A stretch of DNA of 44,979 nt, filler included, from Jimgerdemannia flammicorona (taxonomy: Eukaryota), in assembly GCA_003990765.1 (NCBI GenBank). It is 2 parts of 2 records of this genome, joined end to end, with 100 filler letters (N's around TTAATTAATTAA, not from the genome) between each part and the next. Parts side by side here need not be neighbours in the genome. Positions count along the whole stretch, not along the records: positions 1 to 22,442 come from RBNJ01001282.1; positions 22,543 to 44,979 come from RBNJ01001283.1. One strand, given 5' to 3'. A program made the translations under genes and the position numbers. The number at the start of each line of letters is the position of its first letter. Position 1 is the stretch's first letter. The notes under the pieces are model-generated. The model was not told where the DNA came from, ran no database searches, and worked only from the letters and a program-made list of their open reading frames with translations. Shown here piece by piece: positions 12,682 to 25,180 of this stretch.

Positions 12682-13260
12682 TATTATAAAATAATTGAAA
12701 TTGATAATAAGAAGTATAGTGATTCAGAAAAGGCAGCTTTTATTTTTTGCACCAGCAGAATTTCTTTGGCTAATATTTCTGAAGATATTTTGGATGAAAT
12801 TTACAAATTTTTATATTTAGTATAAAAAATAATTAGTAATGAAGCTCTTGCTATAATATCAAGATTAGAGAAGAGTAAGACAGTTTCTAACTTGAAAACT
12901 GCAGAATATTACTGTCAATTTTTTACTCATTATCTAGTACCTTGCAGACATATTTTCCATAAGGATATTTATGGTACCAAGCTTTTTAGTCTAGAATGCT
13001 AGATGACATTTCAATAACTTTTTAATGAAAATGGTTTTGAGATTTATCAAAGTCATGAGTTAGTAGAAATACCACAAATTCTTCAAACAGAAGAAGAGAG
13101 AGAGGCAAACAAATGTCACCTAGCATTCAATGAATTGTTGGAAAGACTGAGAGATCAGTATTTTAAAATAAAAGAAACTGGAAATATCAGACATACTGAC
13201 AATTTTGTAAATATCTTAGCAGCTACTTTAAATCCTGTATTTATAGCTCAAGATGAATAG
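11264..13260 (+). pseudogene. Decayed Mutator-like (MULE) transposase with SWIM zinc finger
   Basis: ~12270-12370 reads K*IL*IR*YLFLLL*VTSINILESYHSKLK, a transition-mutated form of the WALWARQHSPLLLQVTSTNPLESYHSELK motif I recall from Glomeromycotina MULEs; SWIM-like YYCQFFTHYLVPCRHIFH at ~12907-12960; ends TAG at 13258-13260. Confidence 0.75.
12415..12676. repeat. Degenerate (TTAC/TCAC)n low-complexity tract plus poly-T, in a probable MULE intron
   Basis: Visible tetranucleotide periodicity after a GTATGT donor-like site at ~12395. Confidence 0.8.
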
Positions 13261-13513
13261 TTTTATTATCTTCTGTTATCATTTATTTTATTTTTACAAG
13301 ATTCCTTTTTTTTTTTTTCTATTTTATAAAATTAAATTCCGATCGTAACAAGCAGCAAATTGACAATTTCTAAAAATAATTCTGGTAATGACGGTGGACG
13401 CTTTAGTGAACCCCAATTTCGGAATTCGAAATGGTGCACATGGCCGCACGCCACCCAAACCCTTTATTACATAACCCCCCCTGACCATCTGTCCTTCCCA
13501 CCTCACTTGAACC

Positions 13514-16500
13514 ATGGCACACACACAACAAGAAGAGCTGACCAACGCCATCGCTAATGTCGGTGTCGACGGATATGAGACCTCTGAATCAGACGACGGC
13601 GACAACATGGATCACCCCATGGACGATGAATTCTTCGACGCGAACGACGTCTTCTACGATAGCGTGGGAAGGCGCATTTCGATGCGATACTCGCAGGCCG
13701 TGTATTCTCATGAACGTCATATGCCAAAGCTCAGGGTGACCAGCGCGGATAGTTTGGCACGTGGACCTCTGAAGGAGGAGGACGAGGAGGAGGAATCCGA
13801 GCAAGATTATGTACGGTCACAACAGCTTCGTCAGGCAGCCCACGAGGCGCGCGAAACAGATAATGATCGCGTCCAGGTCAAGGAAGAAGGTGTGTTTGCT
13901 TTGGATCGGAAACTACATCTCGCATTATGGATCGTCTTCATCGTTTAGGGATAATCAATTCATTTCATGCATCGCATTTCCTCCGATGCACCAGCCCACA
14001 ACGATGGCCAACCCGTCGCTGACGCACATACCCAGGAAAACAATTCACATACCACTCCGTCACCGGCAACCCCTCGCTTCACACCTCTTCCGCAACTCCC
14101 AGAGGATGAATACGCAACCTCGCAACCGCAGTCCACCCCTTCACCAAGCGCCAACTCCTCGCGCGCGTCCGTTCGCCGCAGCAGGTCCATCGACCCGGTG
14201 ACGCTCCACATCATCAAGCGAACTTCCTTGCGGATGACACAGAAGCAAATGGCAGAGGTGATTGTGCCCGTTGTGACTGAAGAAGACGCCGGGATTGACG
14301 AAATGGGTAGCGAAGAGGCAGCGAGAGCCTCTGTGGATTCGGGAAATGCCAATGGCTACGCGGGAGTCCAATTGAACAACGACAGTGGCCTAAGTACGGG
14401 TGGGTTGGCAAGCGGAGTTCTCTCAACAGAGAGTCTTCCTGGATCGAGGAGGGGTAGCGTCGGGAGTCACTTAAGCGGCAACGCCGGGGAGGGAAGTGCG
14501 GAGGAAAAAGATGGGCCCGAAAAGGACAAGGGGCAAAGGTAGGTGTTTAGTGGCTATAATTAGGCATGGATGAGGGGCGCTGATGAGATTGCTCGGCGTA
14601 ATAGGCATATCTTCCTTCCGTGTGTTATCCGCTTGCTTTTAAACACTGCCCAATATAGATGAATCTCACACAATATCAACCCACTCACAAGTTAATCTAA
14701 TATTAATGGGTATTCCCCCATTTGCAGACAAAAGCGATCGATACTCTCCCTCATGAAATTCGGACGCAAACGCGGAGCGACCACGGTTACTCCCGCTCCC
14801 GCCTCTGACAAGCTTGCACCAAACACGGACGAAGCCGAGGCCGCAGAGGAGATGCGCGATAGTGATGAGCTGAACGGGACGGTCGCGTCTGCGTCGACCC
14901 TGTCGGTCGAACATGACCTGTTGCCGACGGCGACAAACATTTCGTTGGCTTCTACGGCATCATCCGGGACGGTCGGTGGGTCGCCGCATACCGCACGTTA
15001 TGTTAAGGTCAGTCAGGATAGATAATTGTCTTTGAAGGCTGGGCAAGATGGATGTGTTTGTCGAACGAAAGACGTGCCGACTTGTAATTCATATTAATAT
15101 TGGTTAGCAACCTTCCCTCGCACATGAAACAGGTCAAAACAAAACATAAATCGGCCAAGTCCTTCCCACGACTTTTGCTTGCCCAAACTTTGGATACCGC
15201 CGCCCTTTCCGCAGCCAGTGGCACATCTTTCTCGGCCACATCTCAATCGACGGCATCCGCCCCCATCTCAACGTCTCCTATCCTCTCCCCCGCCACTGCA
15301 TCTACACCACAAACCACGCTCGCCGGATCCGACGCTGCAGACCCATCCTTGCCCCTTCAAGGCGCGATTTGGACTATTAAGTTCAGCCGCGACGGGAAAT
15401 ACCTTGCCTCCGGCGGGCAAGATTTCGTTGTACGTGTATGGGCTGTATTCGGCACGGACGTTACACCGGTGGCGGAGAAGAAGGACGCGGGGACGGGATT
15501 GGCCTCCAGCGGACCTGAGGCAACAACACCAGACGAGATGGAGAGGGATGCGAAGGTCTTTAGGGATAAGCCCGTACACGAGTATCGGGGGCATACGGCG
15601 GATGTGCTGGATTTGAGCTGGTCAAAGGTAAATCGGCTGCTGAATCCTCACTGTTCAGCTCTTCGAGTTCTGTGTCAGAAAGGCCGGCTGTGCCAGTAAT
15701 CCAAGGCAGTTCGATGTACGTGCTTTAACCACCGGCTGTAATCGCTGTGCATTTTTCATTGGTGCCAGAACAACTTTCTCTTATCAAGCTCGATGGATAA
15801 AACTGTTAGGTACGCGTCTGTCACTTTACCGATCGTCGCTCATTTTGATCTGTGACCACCTTGGCTCACCTAATATCCCGGTCCCTTGATATACATGCCC
15901 AGGCTTTGGCACGTCTCGCGGAAGGAATGTTTATGCGTCTTCCCGCACTTGGATTTTGTCACCGCGATTGCGTTTCATCCGAGGGTATGCAACAGATTTT
16001 TTCGGTCATCATTTACCTATTTCTCGATGCCTCTATGCGTCGGTAATGATAGCAAATGCTGAAATTTTTCTTTTACCCTCACCAATGGTTACACAAGGAC
16101 GACCGCTTCTTCCTTTCCGGCTCCCTAGACTGTAAGCTCCGTCTCTGGAACATCCCTGAAAAGAAAGTCGCCTTTTGGAACGAGGTACCCGACGACAACC
16201 TGATCACCGCCGTCGGCTTCACTCTTGACGGTAAAATCGCCTGCGCAGGCTCCTATGTTGGCTTGTGCTTGTTTTACGAGACGGACGGCTTGCGGTACAA
16301 TACGCAAATCAGCGTGAAGGATCAAAAAGGTCGGAACTCGAAAAAGGGGCGAAAAATCACGGGAATCGAGCCAGTACCTAATATGCCACCGGGGGAGGAG
16401 AAGTTACTGATTACGAGTAACGACTCAAGGATTAGGCTGGTGAATATGAGAGACAAGAGTTGGGAGTGTAAGTACAAGGGGTTGGAGAATACAAGCAGCC

Positions 16501-17763
16501 AAATCAAGGCGACGTTCAGGTGAGTTTTGAGTCCAGAGATGGTTTGTTGCTTCCTAGTAGGGGGGAGCGAGAGACGCGAACCAAGTAAATTAATACTTTC
16601 CGTCATATAAACACCACTTTCTGATCTTGGTTTACCCTAGCGATGACGGTAAATACATTATATGCGGATCCGAAGACCACAGCGTCTACATCTGGAACAC
16701 GGAGCAACCAGGATTCGTTCTCCCGTTCCATAATGACGCTCATCCTCAACCAACGCAAACGGCATCAGCGGGGTTACTCACGAAAAGCCTCGGAACAGCG
16801 CTTGGTGCGCTAGGTGAACAGGCATTGCATGCAGCGGTGACACCCGCGGGTGTGCCGGGGAACACGACCAGTCGCGTAGGAGGTTGGTTCAAAAAGCGCG
16901 AGGCGACTATTGCTGTTCCGGCGCCGATTAGGGAAAAGCTAAAGGGAAGTTTTGAGAGCTTTGAAGGTGAGCCGAGTTTATCGTAATAGCTTGCATGTTA
17001 TAACCATGACTGTGAATACGTGTTCGTGGTATTAATGCCTTTATGAAAAACCTTAATTACAGCCCACAACCAAATTGTAACTTGCGCGATTTTTGCTCCG
17101 ACGAAAACCAAGCTTCTTCTCGCGGCCGACGGTAACGATTCTATATACGCCAACACGCCAGTACCTTCGGTTGCGTCAGCGCCAACGTCCCCTTCGACTC
17201 CTCTACCCGACCCAGCATATATCCCAGTGAATAACAACACTGCCGCCTACACCTATCCCGACGGTGATATCATCGTCACAGCCGACTACACTGGCTGCAT
17301 TAAGGTCTGGCGCCACGATTGTGCCTCATACATCCCGCCGCAAATGACTGGTAGCTCCTTACCGCAATCCACCCTTAGTGCCTCGACCGCGGCAATTGTT
17401 TTGAACGACAACAATAGCAACGGCAGTCTGGACGCGATTGCGCAGCCGACACAAACATTGAGCGCAACTCTGGCAACAGGAGACGAGCATACGCCAGCGA
17501 AAACTAGGGTTGGTCTTGGTAGCATTTTCTATGGTCGAAGAAAAGTGGACAGACCAACCAAAATCGCAGATGACCATTCTGCTCCGCCTTCGCCTACGAC
17601 AACGGGGCCAGCGATGACGTGTTCTGGGTGTGGCGGAAAGGAATTTAAATCGTTTGTGGCGGTACCGCAGACAGGTGGTGAGAGCGGCGATGTGGGGGAG
17701 AGTACCCCAAGAATGGAGATGCAAGTCTGTGTGGGGTGTAATCGGGTTGTCGCAAGGCTATGA
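13514..17763 (+). CDS. WDR44: WD40-repeat protein, WDR44/rabphilin-11 (yeast Dgr2/Laf1) family, about 9 exons
   Basis: Spliced peptides [92 protein letters not shown] and LLITSNDSRIRL; N-terminal EFFDA FFAT motif; GT-AG introns. Confidence 0.9.
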
Positions 17764-17965
17764 GTAAATTCCTATTGAATGAATTGAGCTTTTCCTGGAC
17801 GTATAGATGTATTTGTTATACCACTCACCACCTTATACAATCACTGTATTTTTCCAAGGCGAAGTCCCTTTGTCTTCCACGTGACAAGATAAGCCACGGA
17901 CCGCAGTAATAACTAGTTTGTTCCATCATAAATTGCCACAAACCTCTCTCTCCCCTTCAAACAAA

Positions 17966-19270
17966 ATGGTAATCCAGCAACCTAATTCTCAAATAAAGTA
18001 CGTCCATTTTCTCGAATTGAGCTCACTCGCTTGCCTCTACTGTCTCTCAATATCTAAAACCTCCCTGCTACTGTTATAGACTCACAAACGTCTCCGTCGT
18101 CCGCCTGAAAAAAGGCGGTAAGCGATTCGAGGTCGCTTGTTACAAGAACAAAGTAATGGAGTGGAGAAACAATGTGTATGGGCTCTTCTGTTTCTCTCTG
18201 TGATAATGTCTTACTGCGCTTTCACCGTTGTGTGATATCTCAGTGTTGGAAGTGCTCATACTCCCACCCTCTCTTGCAAAAATGATAATCAGCGAAACGG
18301 ATATCGACGAAGTGTTACAAATTCACAGCATTTTTATAAATGTTTCAAAAGGTCAAGTAGCAAGCAAGGAGGATTTGGTGAAATGTTTCAAGATAGAAGA
18401 CGAAGAGAAAATCATTGACGAGGTGTGTACTACTCTTGATTTTCTTCCTTATATTGCAATTAGGATTTGAATCGAAGCACGACCGAATCCCAAACTCATC
18501 CTTTCATCCCAATCCATTACATCTGTGTCAGATCCTCAAAAAGGGCGAACTGCAAGTCTCCGATAAGGAACGATCTAACCAACTCGGCACCATGTGGCGA
18601 GACATTGCCACCATCGTCGCCGAGAACTGCGTCAATCCGGAAACGAAGCGACCTTACACTGTCACCATGATTGAGAAGGCGATGCAAGATCTGCACCTGA
18701 GCGTTAATGCGACGCGTAGCTCCAAGTCGCAGGTACTTGCACGTTTTTGGGCTTCGAGATTGAATGTCGTAGACTATATTCGGATGTATGTGTGACCCTC
18801 GCTTCAACGACTGACCCTCACAAGAAATGTTACAGGCCCTCGAGGTCATCAAGCAGCTCCAAGAGAAGAATATCATCCCCATTCAGCGGGCACAGATGCG
18901 GATACGAGTTGTGATGGCTAATAACAAGGACACGAAAAAGTTGCGCGAAAAGATGACGCCCATGATCGCCAGGGTAGAAGACGAGGATTTCGGCGACGAG
19001 TATGAGCTGGTGAGTTCTGATTTCTGGGTGAGGTGATAGAGGGAATGGGTATGGTGTTGGGGGTGAGCCTGACTCCTTACGTCGATTGCAATTAACCCAA
19101 TATGTTGATTAAATGTGCCGTTCTTGCACCAAACGAATGTTCAGATTGGCACAATTGATCCGGGTCAATACCGCGTAATATCCGAGCTTCTGCAGACGGA
19201 GACTAAGGGGAGAGCGCAGATCGAGATTATGAGCTTACGGGACAAGGAAGAGGGCGATGAGAAGTTTTAA
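17966..19270 (+). CDS. SDO1: Ribosome maturation factor Sdo1/SBDS, 6 exons
   Basis: [69 protein letters not shown] and [12 protein letters not shown]; stop TAA at 19268-19270. Confidence 0.96.
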
Positions 19271-19889
19271 AGGCCGTTGATCTTCGTTGATGACTATGTA
19301 CAGTTGTGTAACTCAAAATGTAGTGGCGTGTTTGACCCTAGTCCTTGGATTTTGGGTTGTGGGTTCCGAAAGTTATCGTTTGCCATGGTAGATATCACTT
19401 TTTTTTTCTCTTTGGAGTGTAAGAGATAATTATACTCTATGATGTTTAGATGGAAACGTCACGCATGGTCCCGTGACCCAAAAATACGCGCCAGTCCGAT
19501 AAGACATGCTTGAACAGTGTGCTAATGATCCTTCTTTTCGAAAAGTGGAAGTCCTGACGCTTCAAGGATAGAACGTACGTGTCATCCGTTTGCCGCTTGG
19601 GAAGAGAAACCTTGTATTCGCATGGTGGTTGTCGGGAAGACCATGTTGGATGGTTGAACGTAGTGACAGGATGGATGAATGGATGGATCCATCCAATTAC
19701 TGACACATCCATAATCTGCTCTCTACCACCTCGCGCCGTCGCATGACGCCATCCAACCTTCCCCCACCCCACACATCCTCCTCCATCCCACCGCCACCAC
19801 CACCCCTGCCACAATTGCGGAAACCCGCACCCGTTTGTTACCCATCGTCGTGCATCACTGGCCGACAAAATACAGCACAATACATCAAC

Positions 19890-21180
19890 ATGGCTTCTCA
19901 CAAGATCGCCAAGCCCGCAGGCGCCGCCCCGGCCGACGAGATCGAACTCACTGTTGCCCAGGCCCTTCTCGACCTGGAAAACAACGTCCCCGAGCTGAAG
20001 AAGGAGTTGAGGCCTTTGCAGTTCTCCGCTGCTAAGGAGGTGAGTTGGTAATACGTGAGAGGTGGGGTTTTGCAGGGACGGGGCATGAGAGACGGTTGGA
20101 GCCGAAAACTGGAGCATGATTAGGTGGCAGCGAATCTGGGGGAACTCGTGGTCTGTCGCCTCTGGCACCTTGGCAGAGTTGGAATGTTTCCACAGTTTTG
20201 GGGGAGAAGTCGAAGCGCCGCTCTTGTCCTCGTTTGCCAGTGGCGGATTCATCTGGGTGGCTCAATCTTTCAACAGTACACCGAGGGGAAGCCTGTTTTT
20301 ATGGCTTATTTTTGTCAATAGTAGTAAAGGAGCTTGACTGTTAGAAATTGTTGGATGAGGGAAAATTCCACGATGCTCGATTGTTAGGTACATGATCTTA
20401 ACATGCATTTATTTTTGCTTTCAATGGAAAGATTGAACTTGGTGGTGGTAAGAAGGCTATTGTCATCTTCGTTCCCGTTCCCCTACTGAAGGCATTCCAC
20501 AAGATCCAGCAAAGGTGAGATTTCTGCAGTTTGCCACCTCGAATGCATGTGGGCTTTGTTTTTTAATGTACGGAAATCTTAATTGTCTCTCCTTGGCTTA
20601 GGCTCACCCGCGAATTGGAAAAGAAGTTCTCCGACCGCCACGTCGTCTTCATTGCCCAGCGCCGCATTATGCGTAAACCCACCCGCCACACCCGCCAAAA
20701 GCAGTCTCGCCCGCGTTCGCGCACTCTGACCGCTGTCCACGAGAAGGTGCTGGAGGACTTGGTCTACCCCACCGAGATCGTTGGCCAGAGGACCCGTGTT
20801 AAGGTTGATGGTAGCAAGATCGTCAAAGTGTATGTATTTTTGATTACGCCACTGGGGTCGGTGTGTAAGAGGGTTGCGCCAAGGATTGGGAAATGTGATC
20901 GGTTGGGGGGAAGAGTGGATACGGCCGGGGAAAATATATCGTATCATAAGGACTCTTCCGTTGTGCGTGATTAATCTGCACACGAACATGGTAATTTTAG
21001 GGGAATTTTTACTCATATCACTCCATCCTTGCGATAAAAACCCTTCTCCCTACCAGATTCCTTGATAACAAGGACGCCACTTCTATTGAATATAAGCTGG
21101 ACACCTTCTCGTCTGTCTACAAGAAGATCACGGGCAAAGATATCGTGTTCGAGTTCCCCCCCAACTCCGAGTTGCTGTAA
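19890..21180 (+). CDS. RPS7: 40S ribosomal protein S7 (eS7), 4 exons
   Basis: [86 protein letters not shown] and [23 protein letters not shown]. Confidence 0.98.
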
Positions 21181-21410
21181 ATGTTGTGTCTACCACTAAA
21201 AGAGATGTCGAACAATAAATGCTTACCTTGTAATGTGTTCGAGGGGTGACTAAAAGATTGTAATTTTTCTGCTGAGGTGAGAGACCACGTGGATGACATG
21301 ACAGCGGTCACAGAGCCACAGATCAGTGATCAGTCAGTCACTCAGTCAGTTTATACATTAAGAATATCCTCCGCCAAGCCTTCTTTTTCTTCCTTCTTGT
21401 CTCCGAACCC

Positions 21411-22337
21411 ATGGCTGCCATCCCCGCAAACCCAAAGGAACTCATCAAGCTCGCCCAGGTCCAGGTCGACCCGAACACTCCTCTGCGTCTCTACTTGCGC
21501 TCCGCAGAGCAGCTGCTCAAACAGGCCCGTATCTACAGGGGAGAGGGCGACTTCCAGAGGGCATACACACAATACATGAAGTACTCAACGTGCGTGTCGA
21601 CCGTTAAAATATACCTGCTGTCAGAAACTGCTTGGCATTAGTAACGTGCGGCTCCAACTCCACCTGTGCCCCGTCAGTCTAGGGCTCACAGAATTACCAA
21701 AACACCCGGACTACAAGAACCCGGTCTATAAGCAGCAGATCATTCAGCTCAAAAAGGTATCCCTCGCTCAAGCTCCTCTTTAGCCAGCTATCGATCGCAA
21801 CACCCCCCTTCCAATAACTTCTTGCTTTCACCATCTTTACTCACGCTTTCCAATCAATCATCATCCGTCCAAAACAGTACTGTCTCGAGTCGCTCAACGT
21901 CCTTGAAGAGCTTCAGCCCGTCCTTGAGAAACGCTATGCCGAATTTGTAGCAGCGCGACAAAGGTATCTCGAGGCCGAAGATAAGAGACGGGATGAAGAT
22001 GCGGCCGCAAGACAACGTGCGGTCGATGCCTCGATGTGGCGCGGCAATGGTGTCTCCACCACACAGAACTGGTCGTTGCAAGAGGAGCTAAATGGGATCG
22101 TCGGGTTCAGGTCCCAGGAAGGATCTACCAAGTACGAGATTGAGTCGTAAGTGGTCGGTCGAGATATGTTATTGTTATGTGCGTGTGTACTGGGTATGCA
22201 ATTCATGAAATATTGCGGGTAAGCTCACTGTCGCTCATTTTTTCTTTCTTTTCTGTTTTCTCGGACCGCAGCTCCCGTAAATCATCCGGGCAACGTGAGT
22301 TATACCCTGATGTCGGTCAACGGAACCAAAGCGATGG
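21411..22337 (+). CDS. 5' part of an AMSH/STAMBP-like deubiquitinase (USP8-dimerisation/MIT-like N-domain), truncated at contig end
   Basis: PLRLYLRSAEQLLKQARIYRGEGDFQRAYTQYMKYST|LGLTELPKHPDYK...LEELQPVLEKRY; the JAMM domain is not in the window, so the family call is by N-domain only. Confidence 0.72.
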
Positions 22338-22442
22338 GTCCGTATACAAAAATCTTCTCCTGACACTCTTTTTATACAAAAGTTAAATCTTTCTCCCATC
22401 CATTCTCAACCCTCCCCCTCCCCCCTCCCCCCTCCCCCAAAT

Positions 22443-22542
22443 NNNNNNNNNNNNNNNNNNNNNNNNNNNNNNNNNNNNNNNNNNNNTTAATTAATTAANN
22501 NNNNNNNNNNNNNNNNNNNNNNNNNNNNNNNNNNNNNNNNNN
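22443..22542. other. Artificial contig-joining linker (44 N + TTAATTAATTAA + 44 N)
   Basis: Symmetric N runs around a 12-mer with stops in all six frames. Confidence 0.97.
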
Positions 22543-23942
22543 AAAAAAAAAAAAAAACAAAGTATTGTCTTTGTTCTGTTTCAATATCTTATTATTTGCT
22601 TTTATAATATATTTTCTATAGGATTGAATCTATTTTATCTTCTAGATAGCTAAACTTTTATTATAAATATAATTTTATATATATACTATATATATACTAT
22701 ATATTATTTAAATCTTGACTATGATATAATAATATGGTTTTATGTATTATTTAATTTATTTTATATTTTTATCACCTATTTCTCAATTTAGGCTAATTTA
22801 TATACTCCATCTTTTTATTGTCTTTTTTATTAATTATATTTTGTTTCGAAATTTTGACAATAATAATAGTGACATATATCCCACTATCATGTTGATTTAC
22901 TAACTCTTCAAGCTGCAGCATCTCATGCAAAGATAAACAGGGCGTTGAATACAAATTCAGTTGTCGCTAATCTCATCGTTCGTGTCAAATGTAAAATGCC
23001 GAACTTTCAATATTTAATCTCGCCAATGTTGTAGACGTCGATGTCAACCATTTATTCTCGAAGAAAGATGACTATAGAGTGCATTCGTGATCAAGAACAC
23101 CCTATCGCCTGGTATAGCGATAGTCTTCACGCTTAGGCGAAGGAAGAAGCGACTTGATCGACCCTCATGACCCTCTAGCTTCGATTTACAGATCGACCAC
23201 GTCGCCTTTTTTCGAGTATCAGCTTCTCTCACGTTTCAATCGCTATGCTTTATCTGAAATAATTCTTATTCCTCCCATTAATTAAATCATCGACCCACAT
23301 CTCTCAACGAATCAAGTGAAGCCTCTCTTGTAATGTCTAGAACGGAACATGAATGGAAAATATCAAGAAAACGTACTAATGTAACCAGCCTATTTATATA
23401 TCACCGTTCTGAAGATATTTATTATCATCTGTGAATGAACCCATTGCCATACATGGTTCCCAGGTCTTGGAAGGCATAAAGCTTTTGCCCAATTCTTTTC
23501 CTGTAAAAATTGTCCATCATGAAACAAAAGATGGCACCGTGACCAGTCAAAATAGTTAGCGTCGTGCTGGCTCCGAAGTTGAGGGACTATATACAATGGC
23601 TAAAGGTGACTAATATAGAATTTCTCGTCGTTTTCACAGATGTAAGTTCAAAAAATACCAAACAAATAGACATCTTGAGAATGATGTTTCAGGAGCAAAG
23701 TTTTGACGATACCTCTTTCGGATGCCGTCAACATAAACAAAATGAAACACGACGACTGACAGCCCTCCGGTCTAAAACTGTCAAAATTTGATACCGTAGG
23801 AATGTTCTGCGATTGACCACATGCATCATATTGACGTAAGCAAACTAGGTGATCGGGGTTGTTGACAGTTGGCACGGATTAAAAGCCGCGAGTGTTCCGT
23901 GAAGTGACCACGTCTTTCTTCAAACCACGCAACTTCAAAGAA

Positions 23943-24460
23943 ATGTCAGACGAACCGCAGAAGAGCGGCGTAAATAGTAACAGCGTAAGTAAAAATAAAA
24001 TAAAGCCCGACATCTAGGTAAACCCTTTCATATGGCGTTTATCAGAGTCGCCGTCCGACCCCACAGCCGTAGCATTCCTTGACATTGAAAGTGAGGTGGC
24101 ACGTACCAATAGGCTAATAATTCACAAACACCCACTTCGACTTCGTGATATCTATGGCAGCGGGTCAAAAAAATTTGGGGCGGCTTCAAATCCAGATTCA
24201 ATGTCAAGAAGGCTTCTAGAGAGCAAGAAGCTTCTAATGACATATCAAAACCTGAGGACATCGAAGACCCCGTCGAAGACGAGACCGGACGCCCTGGTGA
24301 ATCCTCGCAGCCTCCCAACGACGGAACAGCAAACAGCAAGACGAAAAAGAGAACTAGCGTGACTGGATTGTTCAGTAATATGAGTATGAAACGGAAGAAG
24401 ACGGACAGCAAGAAAGCTGACCCAGAGCCCGAGGCCGAAGCCGAAGCCGAAGCCGAATAA
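23943..24460 (+). CDS. Small hydrophilic orphan protein (~113 aa, 2 exons)
   Basis: Exon MSDEPQKSGVNSNS, GTAAGT donor at 23985, GCTAAT branch site, CAG acceptor at 24160, then in-phase RVKKIWGGFKSRF...EPEAEAEAEAE*. Confidence 0.55.
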
Positions 24461-25180
24461 TCGCGACCTGAGGGTGCTACAAAACGCGCTCTATTCATTG
24501 TGAAAATGCCGAATCCGATACAATATACATATATAATTATACCTAAGTATAGCCGGGTGCCATATTATTCTTTGTACTATTTTGTTTTCGACTATTCGAT
24601 CCAGCTGTGTCCATGTAACTACTCAAATACACATTCATACCATTAACTTCACGGTGATATGTAAACTATCGGTAGCAAAATGACACCTTGAAAATACGTT
24701 TATACCATTCACGTCCCACTAAAGTTTATACCGGTGGCCACCCATAAATTACACACCAATCAGACCATATTTTTTATTCATATAACGATAAGCCCAAGTT
24801 GCGGATACTCCATTTATTCTTCCTCACCCTTAGAGAATAGAAATTGCATGTGGAAATCTTCTATCACGTCATTTTCGATGGAAAATCGTCATTGTGCCAT
24901 TTTCGGCCCTGTGTTAACTGTTGTTGTTGTAAGATTGCACGCCCACGATCATCCTTTTTGCGATGATATCATGGGCACTAATGATGGCGTTTCTAGTTCG
25001 GTTCCAGGTTTCACCCGTGCTTGAACATTTCTCTCCAGTCTACTCATAAATGTACATGTTTTTTCTTTTTTGGGGGAATATTATCCTCGCGTTTCTCTTA
25101 ATTTAATAGATTATAACTATTTACCTATAATCTTAATAGGTCATGTAATTAGCAAGCCACACAATCACGATTGCTCTCAT

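Noticed and set aside
12397..12689. Leu/Tyr/Thr-rich ORFs
   Set aside because: Translations of a TTAC microsatellite and poly-T.
19446..20252. 268-aa minus-strand ORF
   Set aside because: Antisense shadow of RPS7 exon 1 and its promoter; no domain features.
20040..20431. C/D snoRNA or U17/snR30 in RPS7 intron 1
   Set aside because: No proper RTGATGA...CTGA pair or snR30 m1/m2 motifs seen.
22487..22498. TTAATTAATTAA palindrome inside the N run
   Set aside because: Artificial six-frame-stop linker; sequences on either side need not be neighbours and the AMSH-like truncation is an assembly effect.
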